From the IMG/VR virus record IMGVR_UViG_3300025163_000003: a DNA stretch of 64,000 nucleotides; one strand, 5' to 3'. This DNA comes from a virus. A program made the translations under genes and the position numbers. Below are positions 26,524 through 36,148 of the stretch, piece after piece; the stretch's first letter is position 1; each line of letters begins with the position of its first letter. Below the pieces are notes generated by a model. The model saw only the letters and a program-made list of their open reading frames with translations. It was not told the origin of the DNA and searched no databases.

Positions 26524-26530
26524 TTTCTAC

Positions 26531-27550
26531 CTAAACAAACTTAAGATCTCTTAGAGCAAGATACAAGTCTCTAAATGTCTGATCAGGTTTGAGTCTTAGA
26601 CCACCATATCCTGGATGACCAGATGCTATAAATCCTTTTGACTGTAAGTGTTGAAAGACAGCTTGAGCTAATGTTCCTCTTATGCTTCCTCTCCCTGTCT
26701 TCACATTTACTACCACTGTTGTTATCCTGTCACGTTGTTCAGCTACAAATGCTAAAGTTCTCTCCAACTTATAGTCTGACTGGATTTTCCAAAGTCTAAT
26801 TCCATTGTTCAATTGAATAGCATTTGACTCTTTTAGTATTCTTCTGTATTCATCATCTACAAACTTTCTAGCTGCATCTAAAGCTGGATCTTCCAGTATG
26901 TCTATTGGATCAGTAGCATTTCTCAAAACTGAATAGGCAGTGTACCACTTGTCAGGTATCTTACAGGCAGCATTTAAGGGAGCAGACAACTTAAGATAAA
27001 TTGGAAACTTTCTCAGTTCTATTTTTCCATACTTCTCATACACAGTAACATAGTTTTCCAACAGTTGAGGAGTCTCTTTAAAGACTTCAGGTGGTATCAA
27101 TTCTGGTTGTCCATCACCAACAATACCACACACTACTTTCCATCTATGTTCTTTAGGGATATAGTCTCTAAACAAGTTGTAGATTATCAAAGAAGTAGGA
27201 ACTTCACCCCAAATCAGTTTGTATGCTCTCTGCCCCTCTGGTGGATGACCTGGATGATGATCAATACATAGTTTCCCTGGCCATTGAGGATTAGCTGGAA
27301 CCATATCAACACAAGCATCTGGTGGATAGAACATTTCACCATCTATCTTTCTAGGCTTAATAGGCCATTCACCAAAATCTAATGGTGCCCATACTTTCTT
27401 TATCTTCAGTACAAAAGAGAGTAGAACACCAGAAGTTATTCCATCTGCATCATCATGTAAAGCTAGTTTCTCTATTGGTTCTACTTCCTTCTTCAATTGT
27501 TGATATTGTTTCCTGTCCAACATCCTTCCTACCTCCATCCTAATACACAT
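26531..27550 (-). CDS. DHH-DHHA1 phosphoesterase (RecJ/GAN/NrnA-like)
   Basis: Motif LHDDADGITSG, motif LCIDHHPGHPPE (DHH), DHHA1-like FIASGHPGYGGL. Confidence 0.8.
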   Translation of the reverse strand: MCIRMEVGRMLDRKQYQQLKKEVEPIEKLALHDDADGITSGVLLSFVLKIKKVWAPLDFGEWPIKPRKIDGEMFYPPDACVDMVPANPQWPGKLCIDHHPGHPPEGQRAYKLIWGEVPTSLIIYNLFRDYIPKEHRWKVVCGIVGDGQPELIPPEVFKETPQLLENYVTVYEKYGKIELRKFPIYLKLSAPLNAACKIPDKWYTAYSVLRNATDPIDILEDPALDAARKFVDDEYRRILKESNAIQLNNGIRLWKIQSDYKLERTLAFVAEQRDRITTVVVNVKTGRGSIRGTLAQAVFQHLQSKGFIASGHPGYGGLRLKPDQTFRDLYLALRDLKFV

Positions 27551-27761
27551 CTCTTCCTCTATACTTCCCTCTTCCTTTATACTTTCCCTTGTATCTTCTT
27601 GTCCTACCTTTAGAATTTCTTGTCAGAGACTTACACAACCACTTTAGAGGACAATTCTTACAGTCAAAGTGTTGTCCATATTCTCCTAGACAATATTTGT
27701 AGGAGTTGCTATAAGACACATTTTCCTCCTCTACATTTTCCATAGATGCTGACATCTTCAT
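27540..27761 (-). CDS. small Cys-rich protein with Arg/Lys/Tyr-rich tail
   Basis: CLGEYGQHFDCKNCPLKWLC followed by RRYKGKYKGRGKYRGRDVY; overlaps the ribonucleotide reductase start. Confidence 0.3.
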   Translation of the reverse strand: MKMSASMENVEEENVSYSNSYKYCLGEYGQHFDCKNCPLKWLCKSLTRNSKGRTRRYKGKYKGRGKYRGRDVY

Positions 27762-29817
27762 CCTCTTCTTCTTTAGATTCTTTTTTCACAGTAGTGAGAA
27801 CTTGAACACTTCTACAACGATCTCTAAATACCGTGATTCCTTTACACCCTAAACGGTAAGCCAACCAGTACACTTTCTCTACATCATGAGGTGTAGCTTC
27901 ATAAGGCAAATTGACAGTCTTAGAGACTGCATTGTCAGTGTATTTCTGAAAGGCCGCTTGCATTCTAACGTGCCATTCAGGAGACACATCATGAGCAGTC
28001 ATAAATAGACGTCTGATATGTTTGGGAATTTCTTCAACATCTTGAATACTTGTCTTGTTTGCTATCTTGTGTATTAGTTCAGGAGAATAGAATCCTTCTT
28101 TCACTGCTATCTCTTCAAACAATGGATTTATCTCTATCAGAGTATGTCCTAAAGATTTCTCTAGATTCCTCATGAGAACAATAGCAAAGAGAGGTTCAAT
28201 ACCACTTGAACAATTAGCTATAATTGAGATACTACCAGTAGGAGCTATAGCAGTTACACATGAGTTTCTGAGATATTTGTACCCTTTCTTCTTCCAGATA
28301 GACCTCTCAAACAATGGAAAGTTACCTTTCTCTTTCCCTAGTCTAACTGATTCTTTTCTTGCTTCTTCAGTGATAAACTTCATTATCTTCTCTGCCAAGT
28401 CAAGTGCTTCTTGAGAGGCATATGGTATGCCCAATAAGATTAACATTTCAGCCCAACCCATTACGCCTAGTCCTATTCTTCTAGTTGACTTTGTAAGTTC
28501 TTCTATCTGTTTCAAGGGATAATGATTAGCATCTATGACATTATCAAGAAATCTAACAGCTAGTCTTACTGTCTTTCTAAGTTTCTTCCAGTCTATCTCA
28601 TAACCAGAATTCTTTCTCCTCAACATCTTCTTCAAGTTGATTGAACCTAGGTTACATGATTCAAAAGGATACAGTGGAAGTTCACCACATGGATTAGTTG
28701 CTTCTATTGGTCCTAAAGATTTCACACAGTTAGAATAGGACTTGTTTATTGTGTCAATGAACAATAATCCTGGATCACCTGTCTTCCATGCTTCTGTTAT
28801 TAGAAGATCCCATACTCCTACCGCTTTTATCTTTCTCACAATTTTACCTGTCCTTGGATTTATCAATGGATATTCTTCATCATTCTCTAGTGCCTTCATG
28901 AACTCATCAGTTACAGCCACTGAAATGTTAAAGTTTTCAAATTTACCTTCTCTTGACTTGCATGTGATGAATTCAATTATGTCTGGATGATGAACAGAAA
29001 GAACTCCCATGTTAGCTCCTCTACGTTTACCTCCTTGCTTTATCTCATTAGTCGCTGCATCAAATACTCTCATGAAAGAGACTGGTCCAGAAGCTACTCC
29101 TCCAGTTGTTCTAACTACATCACCAGCAGGTCTAAGTTTAGAGAAAGAAAACCCTGTTCCTCCTCCTGTCTTGTGAATAATAGCTGCCCATTTAACAGCA
29201 TTGAAGATTTCTTCTAGAGAGTCTTCAACTGGAAGAACAAAACAAGCTGACAATTGTCCTAGTGGTCCACCTGCATTCATCAGAGTAGGAGAGTTAGGTA
29301 AGAACTCAAAGTTAGTCATCATCTTGAAGAATTCTCTTTCTAGTCTCTTCACATATTTCTTGTCCTTGCCATACTTGTATTCCACTTCAGCTATTGTCCT
29401 TGCTACTCTTCTAAACAACTGTTTAGGAGTCTCTTTCACTTCACCATTTTCATCTCTCAACAAGTATCGTTGATAAAGGACAATGAAAGAATTCAGTGGT
29501 AGTTTCAAGTCATTCTCTACACCAACTTTCTTAGCAAAGTCTCTTGCTCTTGCTTTTCGTTCTCGATACAGGATAAATGCTTTGGAAGTCTTGTAGAGTT
29601 TGTTCTGCACTAATGTCTCTTCTATCATGTCTTGTATCTCTTCAACATGCAATACTTCTTTCTTGACTGCTTTTATCTTATTCATCACACCAGAGAAAAC
29701 TTTCTCAAGAGTTTGTTTCTTGTATTCTCCTGATGCAAGTAATGCTTTCTTGATAGCTTGTTTAACTTTACAAGGATTGAACTTGACAACTCTATTGTTT
29801 CTTTTTCTTACCTTCAT
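27709..29817 (-). CDS. ribonucleotide reductase large (catalytic) subunit with N-terminal ATP-cone; probably class II (B12-dependent)
   Basis: ATP-cone [17 protein letters not shown]. Active-site motifs [17 protein letters not shown] and [10 protein letters not shown]-terminal Cys pair CRGGKC. No small-subunit gene in the window, which favours class II, but the class is not provable from sequence alone. Confidence 0.85.
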   Translation of the reverse strand: MKVRKRNNRVVKFNPCKVKQAIKKALLASGEYKKQTLEKVFSGVMNKIKAVKKEVLHVEEIQDMIEETLVQNKLYKTSKAFILYRERKARARDFAKKVGVENDLKLPLNSFIVLYQRYLLRDENGEVKETPKQLFRRVARTIAEVEYKYGKDKKYVKRLEREFFKMMTNFEFLPNSPTLMNAGGPLGQLSACFVLPVEDSLEEIFNAVKWAAIIHKTGGGTGFSFSKLRPAGDVVRTTGGVASGPVSFMRVFDAATNEIKQGGKRRGANMGVLSVHHPDIIEFITCKSREGKFENFNISVAVTDEFMKALENDEEYPLINPRTGKIVRKIKAVGVWDLLITEAWKTGDPGLLFIDTINKSYSNCVKSLGPIEATNPCGELPLYPFESCNLGSINLKKMLRRKNSGYEIDWKKLRKTVRLAVRFLDNVIDANHYPLKQIEELTKSTRRIGLGVMGWAEMLILLGIPYASQEALDLAEKIMKFITEEARKESVRLGKEKGNFPLFERSIWKKKGYKYLRNSCVTAIAPTGSISIIANCSSGIEPLFAIVLMRNLEKSLGHTLIEINPLFEEIAVKEGFYSPELIHKIANKTSIQDVEEIPKHIRRLFMTAHDVSPEWHVRMQAAFQKYTDNAVSKTVNLPYEATPHDVEKVYWLAYRLGCKGITVFRDRCRSVQVLTTVKKESKEEEDEDVSIYGKCRGGKCVL

Positions 29818-30169
29818 TCTTCTCCCTCTCCTTCAGCAAGATAAGACAGAGTAAAGAATAGTTAGCGAGATCTATAAGTGTATCTTCTAAAGACTCCATC
29901 TTGACTGCATCTTGCATGTCAGGATCGTCCATCTTTCTAGCCAAATTGTTTATTCTTGTCCATTTGTCACCCATTCTTACTAGACAACCTTTCCATGCAG
30001 GAATACCTAGTCTCTCACATTCCATGAAATTACCTAGTGGATTACCACCACCATATCCTTTGTTCTTGACTTCATGAATTTCACACATTTTGATGACAAG
30101 TTCATAGAACATTGGATGTCCATACTTCCAAATCTTTCTAAATTCTCTTAAGATTTCTTCCTTCTTCAT
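29792..30169 (-). CDS. hypothetical all-alpha protein, possibly MazG-like nucleotide pyrophosphohydrolase
   Basis: KGYGGGNPLGNF...MESLEDTLIDLANYSLLCLILL resembles the E-x2-D-x3-D-L-a-N-Y tail of the MazG/dATP-dGTP pyrophosphohydrolase superfamily; weak. Confidence 0.3.
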   Translation of the reverse strand: MKKEEILREFRKIWKYGHPMFYELVIKMCEIHEVKNKGYGGGNPLGNFMECERLGIPAWKGCLVRMGDKWTRINNLARKMDDPDMQDAVKMESLEDTLIDLANYSLLCLILLKEREKNEGKKKKQ

Positions 30170-30173
30170 CTTC

Positions 30174-30422
30174 CTACCCTCTCAACAGAAGTCCTATGAT
30201 AAGGCCAAGTTCAAAACCAAATAAGGCTCCTATGAAGAGAGCAACTTTCACTTTTCTACTGTTTTCTTCTCTAACTCTCTTAAGTGCTCTTTCTTGACTT
30301 CTATTTACTCTATTCATCAGCTCTAGTTGTCTTCTTAGTTCTCGTAATATTGGATCTTCTTCTCTTTTTCTTTCACGCAAGGAAGGATTTAACTCTTCGC
30401 AATCACCAACCATTCCAACCAA
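30174..30422 (-). CDS. small protein with C-terminal TM helix
   Basis: 82 aa; coiled-coil N-terminus, TM ALFIGALFGFELGLIIGLLL. Confidence 0.3.
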   Translation of the reverse strand: MVGMVGDCEELNPSLRERKREEDPILRELRRQLELMNRVNRSQERALKRVREENSRKVKVALFIGALFGFELGLIIGLLLRG

Positions 30423-30727
30423 TCCACCACTTTAAATTTTAAACCTAATTGACTGATCAGAAGACTTAACATTATTTTAAAGTTTGTAGATGGAAGGGTT
30501 CTCCATTCTTGATCAACTGCATAAATTGTGTTTTCCTTTTCTACCAAATGGAACCCTTCTCCTCTTAATCCTTCTATCAGGAGTTGCAACAGTTGTCTTT
30601 TCTGTTCCTTGTTCAAGATCATCTCACTCACATTCAAGTGATCTTGCCATGCTTGTATGGTCTCTTTCTGTTTATTTCCATCTTTCTCCTGATGGCTTTC
30701 TCTATATCTATTTCTAAGTCTCCACAC
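30389..30727 (-). CDS. hypothetical protein
   Basis: 112-aa ORF in the co-directional array. Confidence 0.3.
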   Translation of the reverse strand: MWRLRNRYRESHQEKDGNKQKETIQAWQDHLNVSEMILNKEQKRQLLQLLIEGLRGEGFHLVEKENTIYAVDQEWRTLPSTNFKIMLSLLISQLGLKFKVVDWLEWLVIAKS

Positions 30728-30948
30728 AAATGAAAAAGTCTGATGAAAGTGTCAGCTATTTCTTCTTCAAACTTTTCTTCCCAGTTCTTTTTCTGTTCTC
30801 TGTATACTTCTGCTGCTTCTGACAGTTCAGTTACTACAAGCATCAATGCTTCTAATACTCTCATCCAACCTTTTCTGTGAAATGTGATATAGAAACCATG
30901 TTCATTAGCTATCTTCTTGCATTCTTGTACCAGTTCATTTAATTCCAA
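30634..30948 (-). CDS. MazG-like NTP pyrophosphohydrolase
   Basis: LMLVVTELSEAAEVY...EEIADTFIRLFHLCGDLEIDIEKAIRRKMEINRKR (EExxE / ExxD metal-binding helices). Confidence 0.55.
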   Translation of the reverse strand: MELNELVQECKKIANEHGFYITFHRKGWMRVLEALMLVVTELSEAAEVYREQKKNWEEKFEEEIADTFIRLFHLCGDLEIDIEKAIRRKMEINRKRPYKHGKIT

Positions 30949-31552
30949 GATACAACCACCTGAATAAAGTCTTTAACCAGTGTTCTTGGACTAGTCTAAA
31001 TTCAGGTCTAGAGACAATAAAATCTCCTAGAGCAAACAGTCTTTCAAGTTCTGTAGTTGGTTCTGGTAGTCCCTTATACCAATGACCCATGTGAGACAAG
31101 ATAATTCGTTTAATCCTTTTGATTCTAGCTGAAGGTACTTTAGCTCTCTTCATATATTCTTCAGCTACTTTGGCAGAGACAACGGGATGATGATCTCCTG
31201 TCTCAACTCTTCTTGAGACAACGACTTTTCTCATCACTTTTTTCATTTTTTGATAGACTACTTTCTGTTCTACTCTTGTATCAACCACTTTCCCTATGTC
31301 ATGGAAATAAGCAGCAGTTAACATCTCATCTAGTGTGTCCTGATCCCACTGAAATTCATCACTACAACATAACAAGAACCAACACAATTTTTCTATATGA
31401 CGTATCAGACCTTCAAGACCATGTTCATCTGGTGGATGATAATGTCCTGTCATTGAAGAAGGAATAAATCTCAACTTGTAGCCCCAGTCAGACAACATCA
31501 TCTTGACAGCATTCTTTAACTTTGGATCTTTAATAATTTCATAGTACTTCAA
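30935..31552 (-). CDS. HD-domain metal-dependent phosphohydrolase
   Basis: H...HD motif AAYFHDIGKVVD plus the downstream His LSHMGHWY. Confidence 0.7.
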   Translation of the reverse strand: MKYYEIIKDPKLKNAVKMMLSDWGYKLRFIPSSMTGHYHPPDEHGLEGLIRHIEKLCWFLLCCSDEFQWDQDTLDEMLTAAYFHDIGKVVDTRVEQKVVYQKMKKVMRKVVVSRRVETGDHHPVVSAKVAEEYMKRAKVPSARIKRIKRIILSHMGHWYKGLPEPTTELERLFALGDFIVSRPEFRLVQEHWLKTLFRWLYLGIK

Positions 31553-31553
31553 T

Positions 31554-32249
31554 TCACTCTAACTCCTTCAATACCTTTTCATAATCTTTGTAAGTGTTGA
31601 TAGTAACCCATCTTCCTCGAAGTTTATAAACTTTAAGAAGATGATCACGAGCCATGTTCTGCCATACACATAGTTCTAGATCTCCTTTCTCTGGAAAGTA
31701 CTTCTTGATAACTCTTCTCTTGAGAGCATAATGTCCACATGAAACCCAGTAAGAAGTAAATGGTTTCTCTTCAAATCTCAGTACTTCATTCTTGTAGTCA
31801 AAGTAAACAACACCATAAGGCAGTCTTGTCTGTTGAACTAGAATTGTTCCTCCTCTTCCTAAGTTCTCTAGAAGTTCATTAGGATCATAATCAACTATGT
31901 CATCTACATTCATGACATAAAGAACTCTAGCTGTTGTATACTGAAGAGCTTGTCTCACTGCACCACCTGTTCCTAGTCTTTCCTTTTCTATTGAGAAAGT
32001 GAAATCATCAGTCTTAGCTAGATAAGAATAGTGTTTGAGCATGTACTTGTAGTCTTGTTCATTAATAGCTACAACAACATGTTCAAAGTCATGAGCTAAC
32101 AACCATTCCAACTGCAGTTCAAGAAGAGTCTGATCTTTAAAAGTTAGAAATGGTTTTGGAGTCATTACTTCTGGTTTCAGTCTTTTGGCCCATCCACCAG
32201 CTAATATAATTGCTTCTTTCAAAGTACTTCCTCCACTTCTTTCCTCCAT
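31554..32249 (-). CDS. sugar-phosphate nucleotidyltransferase
   Basis: N-terminal AIILAGGWAKRLKP (GGxGxRL-type) and overall NTP-transferase layout. Confidence 0.65.
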   Translation of the reverse strand: MEERSGGSTLKEAIILAGGWAKRLKPEVMTPKPFLTFKDQTLLELQLEWLLAHDFEHVVVAINEQDYKYMLKHYSYLAKTDDFTFSIEKERLGTGGAVRQALQYTTARVLYVMNVDDIVDYDPNELLENLGRGGTILVQQTRLPYGVVYFDYKNEVLRFEEKPFTSYWVSCGHYALKRRVIKKYFPEKGDLELCVWQNMARDHLLKVYKLRGRWVTINTYKDYEKVLKELE

Positions 32250-33415
32250 TCATCCCATATAGAACGCAAGTAAGGAGAAATATAAATTTGCACTGGATTA
32301 CTTCTACTTCCCCTTTGACTACGTGTCAGATATTTTGAACTAGAAGCATATGTTAGAATTGTTCTTGACACCATACGCATATCAGCAAAATCTTTCTGTT
32401 TACTTCGAACTCTTAAACGATAAACAAGATCAATTAAAGGTGTCTTATATCCACCAGTACGAACTATCTCTTCAACAAGAAAGAGTTCTTTCTTCTTCAT
32501 GTCTGCTGTTATCAAGAATCTAGAGAATAGTTTGTTCACAACTTGATAGTCTTCTGGCAACACTTCACTTCTACCATTTATCCTTGCATGTCCTTCAGCA
32601 AGTGAATCTATCATCTTCAGAAGATTCTCAGGGAATTTCTTGAACTGTCTAAGTTTCTGATACAAGTCCATTCTTTCAAACGCATCAACTGTTATTCTCT
32701 TCATTGGACCATAATATGGTTCTACTCCTACCTTTTTCACTCTATCACACCATTCAAGAATTACATTCCAGTCATCTTTAATTGACCTCTGGAATGCTAA
32801 GTTCTCTCTTGTTTCCCACTCTTCTGGTCTCATTAGTGCAATACAAGTTAAACTTCTTCTGTCAATGAATTCTTCATATAGACTAGTAGCTGATATCTCT
32901 TCCCAGTCAGAAGGAGTGCCTGACAACATAGCTTTCTTTGGTATTTCTCCTAGTTTAATCTCAAGTGAACCACCTTCAGAAGTTAAGTCATCTAAGTGAG
33001 TTGTTTGAGTTAGACCAGCAAGGAACTGTACAGAAGTTAGTTTAAGATAATGAGTAGTTGCTCTAGACAAGTCTTCTACAAATATTAGTTGAGCATTCTT
33101 CAGACGTTCAAATTCCATACTACTTCTGTGATTTTTCAAAGACTTCTTGTGTAGTTTAGCTACTCCAGCAGGTGTAAATCTGCCTGTCAGTATAAGTGGG
33201 TGAAGTCTTTCACCATACAGCTTTATTGCTATCTTGTCAGTTATTGTCTTTCCTGTTCCTGAGTAACCAAACTTCATAAACAACCATCTGGAGTCAGTAG
33301 CTACATAACATGAAGTCAGGAGAATAAGAGAAGACCAGAAGAGTCCTACTTCATCATAGTCATCATAAGCTGACTTGAGAAGATGAACTGTCACAGGTGA
33401 ACTATTCAGTTTCAA
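32219..33415 (-). CDS. P-loop AAA+-like ATPase (Orc1/Cdc6-type Walker A; possible replication initiator or loader)
   Basis: Walker A FGYSGTGKT and Walker B LIFVEDL. Confidence 0.45.
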   Translation of the reverse strand: MKLNSSPVTVHLLKSAYDDYDEVGLFWSSLILLTSCYVATDSRWLFMKFGYSGTGKTITDKIAIKLYGERLHPLILTGRFTPAGVAKLHKKSLKNHRSSMEFERLKNAQLIFVEDLSRATTHYLKLTSVQFLAGLTQTTHLDDLTSEGGSLEIKLGEIPKKAMLSGTPSDWEEISATSLYEEFIDRRSLTCIALMRPEEWETRENLAFQRSIKDDWNVILEWCDRVKKVGVEPYYGPMKRITVDAFERMDLYQKLRQFKKFPENLLKMIDSLAEGHARINGRSEVLPEDYQVVNKLFSRFLITADMKKKELFLVEEIVRTGGYKTPLIDLVYRLRVRSKQKDFADMRMVSRTILTYASSSKYLTRSQRGSRSNPVQIYISPYLRSIWDEWRKEVEEVL

Positions 33416-33656
33416 TTTTAATTACACCCTTTGAGAAGAGTTCATCCAAGTTTATCTTAGTAGTTACTTCATCAGCTATCATAGAAGAACTACCAGAAGA
33501 GCTTGTAGTACCAAAAGTTGTCACTATTGAAACAGTTCCTGAGTTCACTCCTGCTGGACCAAGATTAACTGGATACCATAAAGTTGAACTGTAAGAGTAT
33601 TCTGGAATTTCTAAGTCTGCCTTCTTATCTCTTAGAGAAGGATTAGTGATCTCCAC
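33402..33656 (-). CDS. hypothetical protein
   Basis: 84-aa ORF. Confidence 0.25.
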   Translation of the reverse strand: MEITNPSLRDKKADLEIPEYSYSSTLWYPVNLGPAGVNSGTVSIVTTFGTTSSSGSSSMIADEVTTKINLDELFSKGVIKIETE

Positions 33657-33660
33657 TCTC

Positions 33661-34029
33661 TTACCCTCCTGTGCTGTGGTCTGAAATATGATAAGTGGGA
33701 GGAGTAGTTCTCCACCATTCCCATTGCTCTGTAGGAAAACTTTCTTTAGATTCCAATTGTTGGAGCTTAAGTTCTATTCGACTGACTTCTTGCTTCAGAC
33801 GTTCAATTTCTTGCACTAACTTTTCCATTTGCTTTTGTAAGTAGGACAATAGAATTGTGCCATGTTCTTTACTAATGAAGAAGTCTAATGGAGTCTTTAT
33901 CTCCACCTCATAGAGAACTCCTGGTTGAAACTTACCTGACAAATTCTTAGAATTTCTTATACAGAACTTACATGGTTCACTTACAGGTCTACCTTTGTCA
34001 TCAGAATAAACACATTCACTGCAACTCAT
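33661..34029 (-). CDS. Zn-ribbon + coiled-coil protein
   Basis: CSEC...CKFC followed by EKLVQEIERLKQEVSRIELKLQQLE. Confidence 0.35.
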   Translation of the reverse strand: MSCSECVYSDDKGRPVSEPCKFCIRNSKNLSGKFQPGVLYEVEIKTPLDFFISKEHGTILLSYLQKQMEKLVQEIERLKQEVSRIELKLQQLESKESFPTEQWEWWRTTPPTYHISDHSTGG

Positions 34030-34360
34030 CTGCCAATTCCTCCAAGGTAACTTCTCTCTGTTTCTTCTCTTCCTTCTTTATTAAGTTACCATCTTTGTCA
34101 TATGCTTCCAAATCTATTATCTCTCCCTTCCATTCAACAAATCTAAAAGGCAAATACTTCTTTCTCTTCAACTGTCTGATAAACTTTCTCTTTGCAAGTT
34201 CACTTCGTTGTGCTCTCAAGATATCAGGATCACCTTTAGGTGGTATTATTTGTAGATCTTTATCAAACTTGAGATTACAGTGAGGACATTTGAAGTACTT
34301 GTTCTTTCCACTCCCTTTTCGTTTCAACTTCTGTTTACAAACAGGACATAATTTCTTCAT
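34016..34360 (-). CDS. small Zn-ribbon protein
   Basis: CPVCKQK...CPHC. Confidence 0.4.
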   Translation of the reverse strand: MKKLCPVCKQKLKRKGSGKNKYFKCPHCNLKFDKDLQIIPPKGDPDILRAQRSELAKRKFIRQLKRKKYLPFRFVEWKGEIIDLEAYDKDGNLIKKEEKKQREVTLEELADELQ

Positions 34361-34361
34361 A

Positions 34362-34640
34362 CTATCGCCTCAGAGAAGGATTAATATTTAACAGTCTTTT
34401 CAACTCTTTCTCTAGTTTCTGTTTCTTCTGCACTAACTGTGTTAGTTTCTTCTCAGCTTCACTTATTCTTCTTCTCCAGAGTCTAACTTCATACTTCATT
34501 GTTTCTGCTTCTTTCTCTAGTTTCATTGCACCTACTTGTGCTGTCAAGAGAGAATCTTTATAGTCCCTGATTTCAGTCTCTACTTTCTCTATTGCCTCTT
34601 CCAACTTCTTTATCTCCTCTTTCAAATGTTCAATTATCAA
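34362..34640 (-). CDS. coiled-coil protein
   Basis: 92 aa, heptad-rich. Confidence 0.35.
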   Translation of the reverse strand: MIIEHLKEEIKKLEEAIEKVETEIRDYKDSLLTAQVGAMKLEKEAETMKYEVRLWRRRISEAEKKLTQLVQKKQKLEKELKRLLNINPSLRR

Positions 34641-34842
34641 CTTGTTCTCCTTCCATGTCTTTTAGTTCTCTCAACAGTTGAACTAAGACTTCTCTTGCAA
34701 CATCCTGTCGCCTTTCTTTCCAACTTCTCCAATATTCTCGTGATTCTTTTAAAGTTCTCCAGTTGAGGTAAGTTCTGACAAGAGCAAATATGAAGTTTAA
34801 AGTGGCAACAACTAAGGTGCAAATCAGAAGGGTTTCGTACAT
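34630..34842 (-). CDS. small membrane protein
   Basis: N-terminal TM LLICTLVVATLNFIFALV. Preferred over the overlapping 34637..34822 frame because of the membrane helix and coupling. Confidence 0.3.
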   Translation of the reverse strand: MYETLLICTLVVATLNFIFALVRTYLNWRTLKESREYWRSWKERRQDVAREVLVQLLRELKDMEGEQVDN

Positions 34843-35180
34843 CTTTTCACTTTCCCTATCAACATCTTTCTTTCATTGTCCCATTTGACATCTACATCTT
34901 GAGGAGGAATATTGTAGTACTTCAAGAAATGTGAACAATAAAAGATATTGCAGTATCTCTTGCCTGAACCAGAAGGTCTAAGTCTAAAGTCAAGTGGATT
35001 AGAAGATGGTTTGATTCCAATTAAGTTATTCTTGGGATCAAAAAGAAGTTCCACATATTTCTCTTTGAAGTGTTCCAACTGTGTCAGAGGAAGAACTATT
35101 CTTCCATTGCGTATCTTAAGTTTGTCTGGAATTATTCTGACTTTAGGTTGTATTCTTATGAAAGAGTTACTTCCTTCCAT
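34824..35180 (-). CDS. hypothetical protein
   Basis: 118-aa ORF. Confidence 0.3.
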   Translation of the reverse strand: MEGSNSFIRIQPKVRIIPDKLKIRNGRIVLPLTQLEHFKEKYVELLFDPKNNLIGIKPSSNPLDFRLRPSGSGKRYCNIFYCSHFLKYYNIPPQDVDVKWDNERKMLIGKVKRCTKPF

Positions 35181-36142
35181 CTTCTTCTCTCCTTGAATTC
35201 TCTGACTATTCTATCTATGTCATGTTCAGGAGGTCTAACACCTACTATTCTTCTAAGTTCCTGTAGGGACAGACCTCCTGCTTTCTTGTCTGTCTTGAGA
35301 CCAATGTTATAAGTTACTCTTGGATCATCTATGATCTCTATTGCTTCTTTGTCCCAGTAGAATCTGACAATAGGTGCACCTATCTTTGTTATTGGATAAC
35401 TTCTCTTTTCAGCATATCCTAGACGCTTTACAAAACAACCAGTTGTTAACCAGTGTTGTTCATGGCAAGTCAAGTAGAAAGAGTTTCCTACTCTTCTGAC
35501 AGCATAATAAGTCTTGTGATCTTTGTATATTTGATGAATGTGAGCATGTGCTATCAATGCTGTTCGTAAGTTTTCAAATATCTTCTTCAACTGTGTCTCT
35601 TTTCTGATAGTTGCTGAAGTGTAACCATGAATAGCATAGACAGGATAGAACTGCTCAAACTCTTTCTGCTTAATATGAACAACAAACAATTGTCCTCTTT
35701 CTGGCCCAGGCAAGAGAGGTTTGATTCCTAACTTAGCTGCAATTATTTCTGTCAGACAGTCTGTTCCTTTAGTTGCTTTCCAGAATCTCTCTTCATGATT
35801 TCCTTCAAGTAAGACTATAATTCTATCCTTGATAGGTTCTAATAGTCTGATGACTTCAGTCAATTGCATTGCCACTAACTGTTTCTCTGATGCACCATAA
35901 CGTGACAGAGCAGCCATTTCAACATAGTCACCCATAAGAACTACTTTGACATTTGGATGTTCCTTGATGTACTTGACATATTCTAGATATTGCTTCTCTG
36001 AGAAGTAACCAGAACCGATATGAAAGTCGCCCATGAAGACTATTTCACCATAAGTACATCCTTTCTTAGGCTTCAGTTCTATCACTGGGATTTCTGCTTC
36101 CATTTCATCAAGAGTTATACCTGGCAAGATATCTCTTATCAT
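35156..36142 (-). CDS. calcineurin-like metallophosphoesterase (Mre11/SbcD-like fold)
   Basis: Motifs FMGDFHIGSGY, LMGDYVE, LEGNHEE, IHGYTS, AHAHIH. Confidence 0.8.
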   Translation of the reverse strand: MIRDILPGITLDEMEAEIPVIELKPKKGCTYGEIVFMGDFHIGSGYFSEKQYLEYVKYIKEHPNVKVVLMGDYVEMAALSRYGASEKQLVAMQLTEVIRLLEPIKDRIIVLLEGNHEERFWKATKGTDCLTEIIAAKLGIKPLLPGPERGQLFVVHIKQKEFEQFYPVYAIHGYTSATIRKETQLKKIFENLRTALIAHAHIHQIYKDHKTYYAVRRVGNSFYLTCHEQHWLTTGCFVKRLGYAEKRSYPITKIGAPIVRFYWDKEAIEIIDDPRVTYNIGLKTDKKAGGLSLQELRRIVGVRPPEHDIDRIVREFKERRRWKEVTLS

Positions 36143-36148
36143 GCTAAT

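Noticed and set aside
34637-34822. 61-aa ORF nested in an alternate frame of 34630..34842
   Set aside because: Only one of the two can be real. The frame with the N-terminal TM helix and coupling to its neighbours was preferred.
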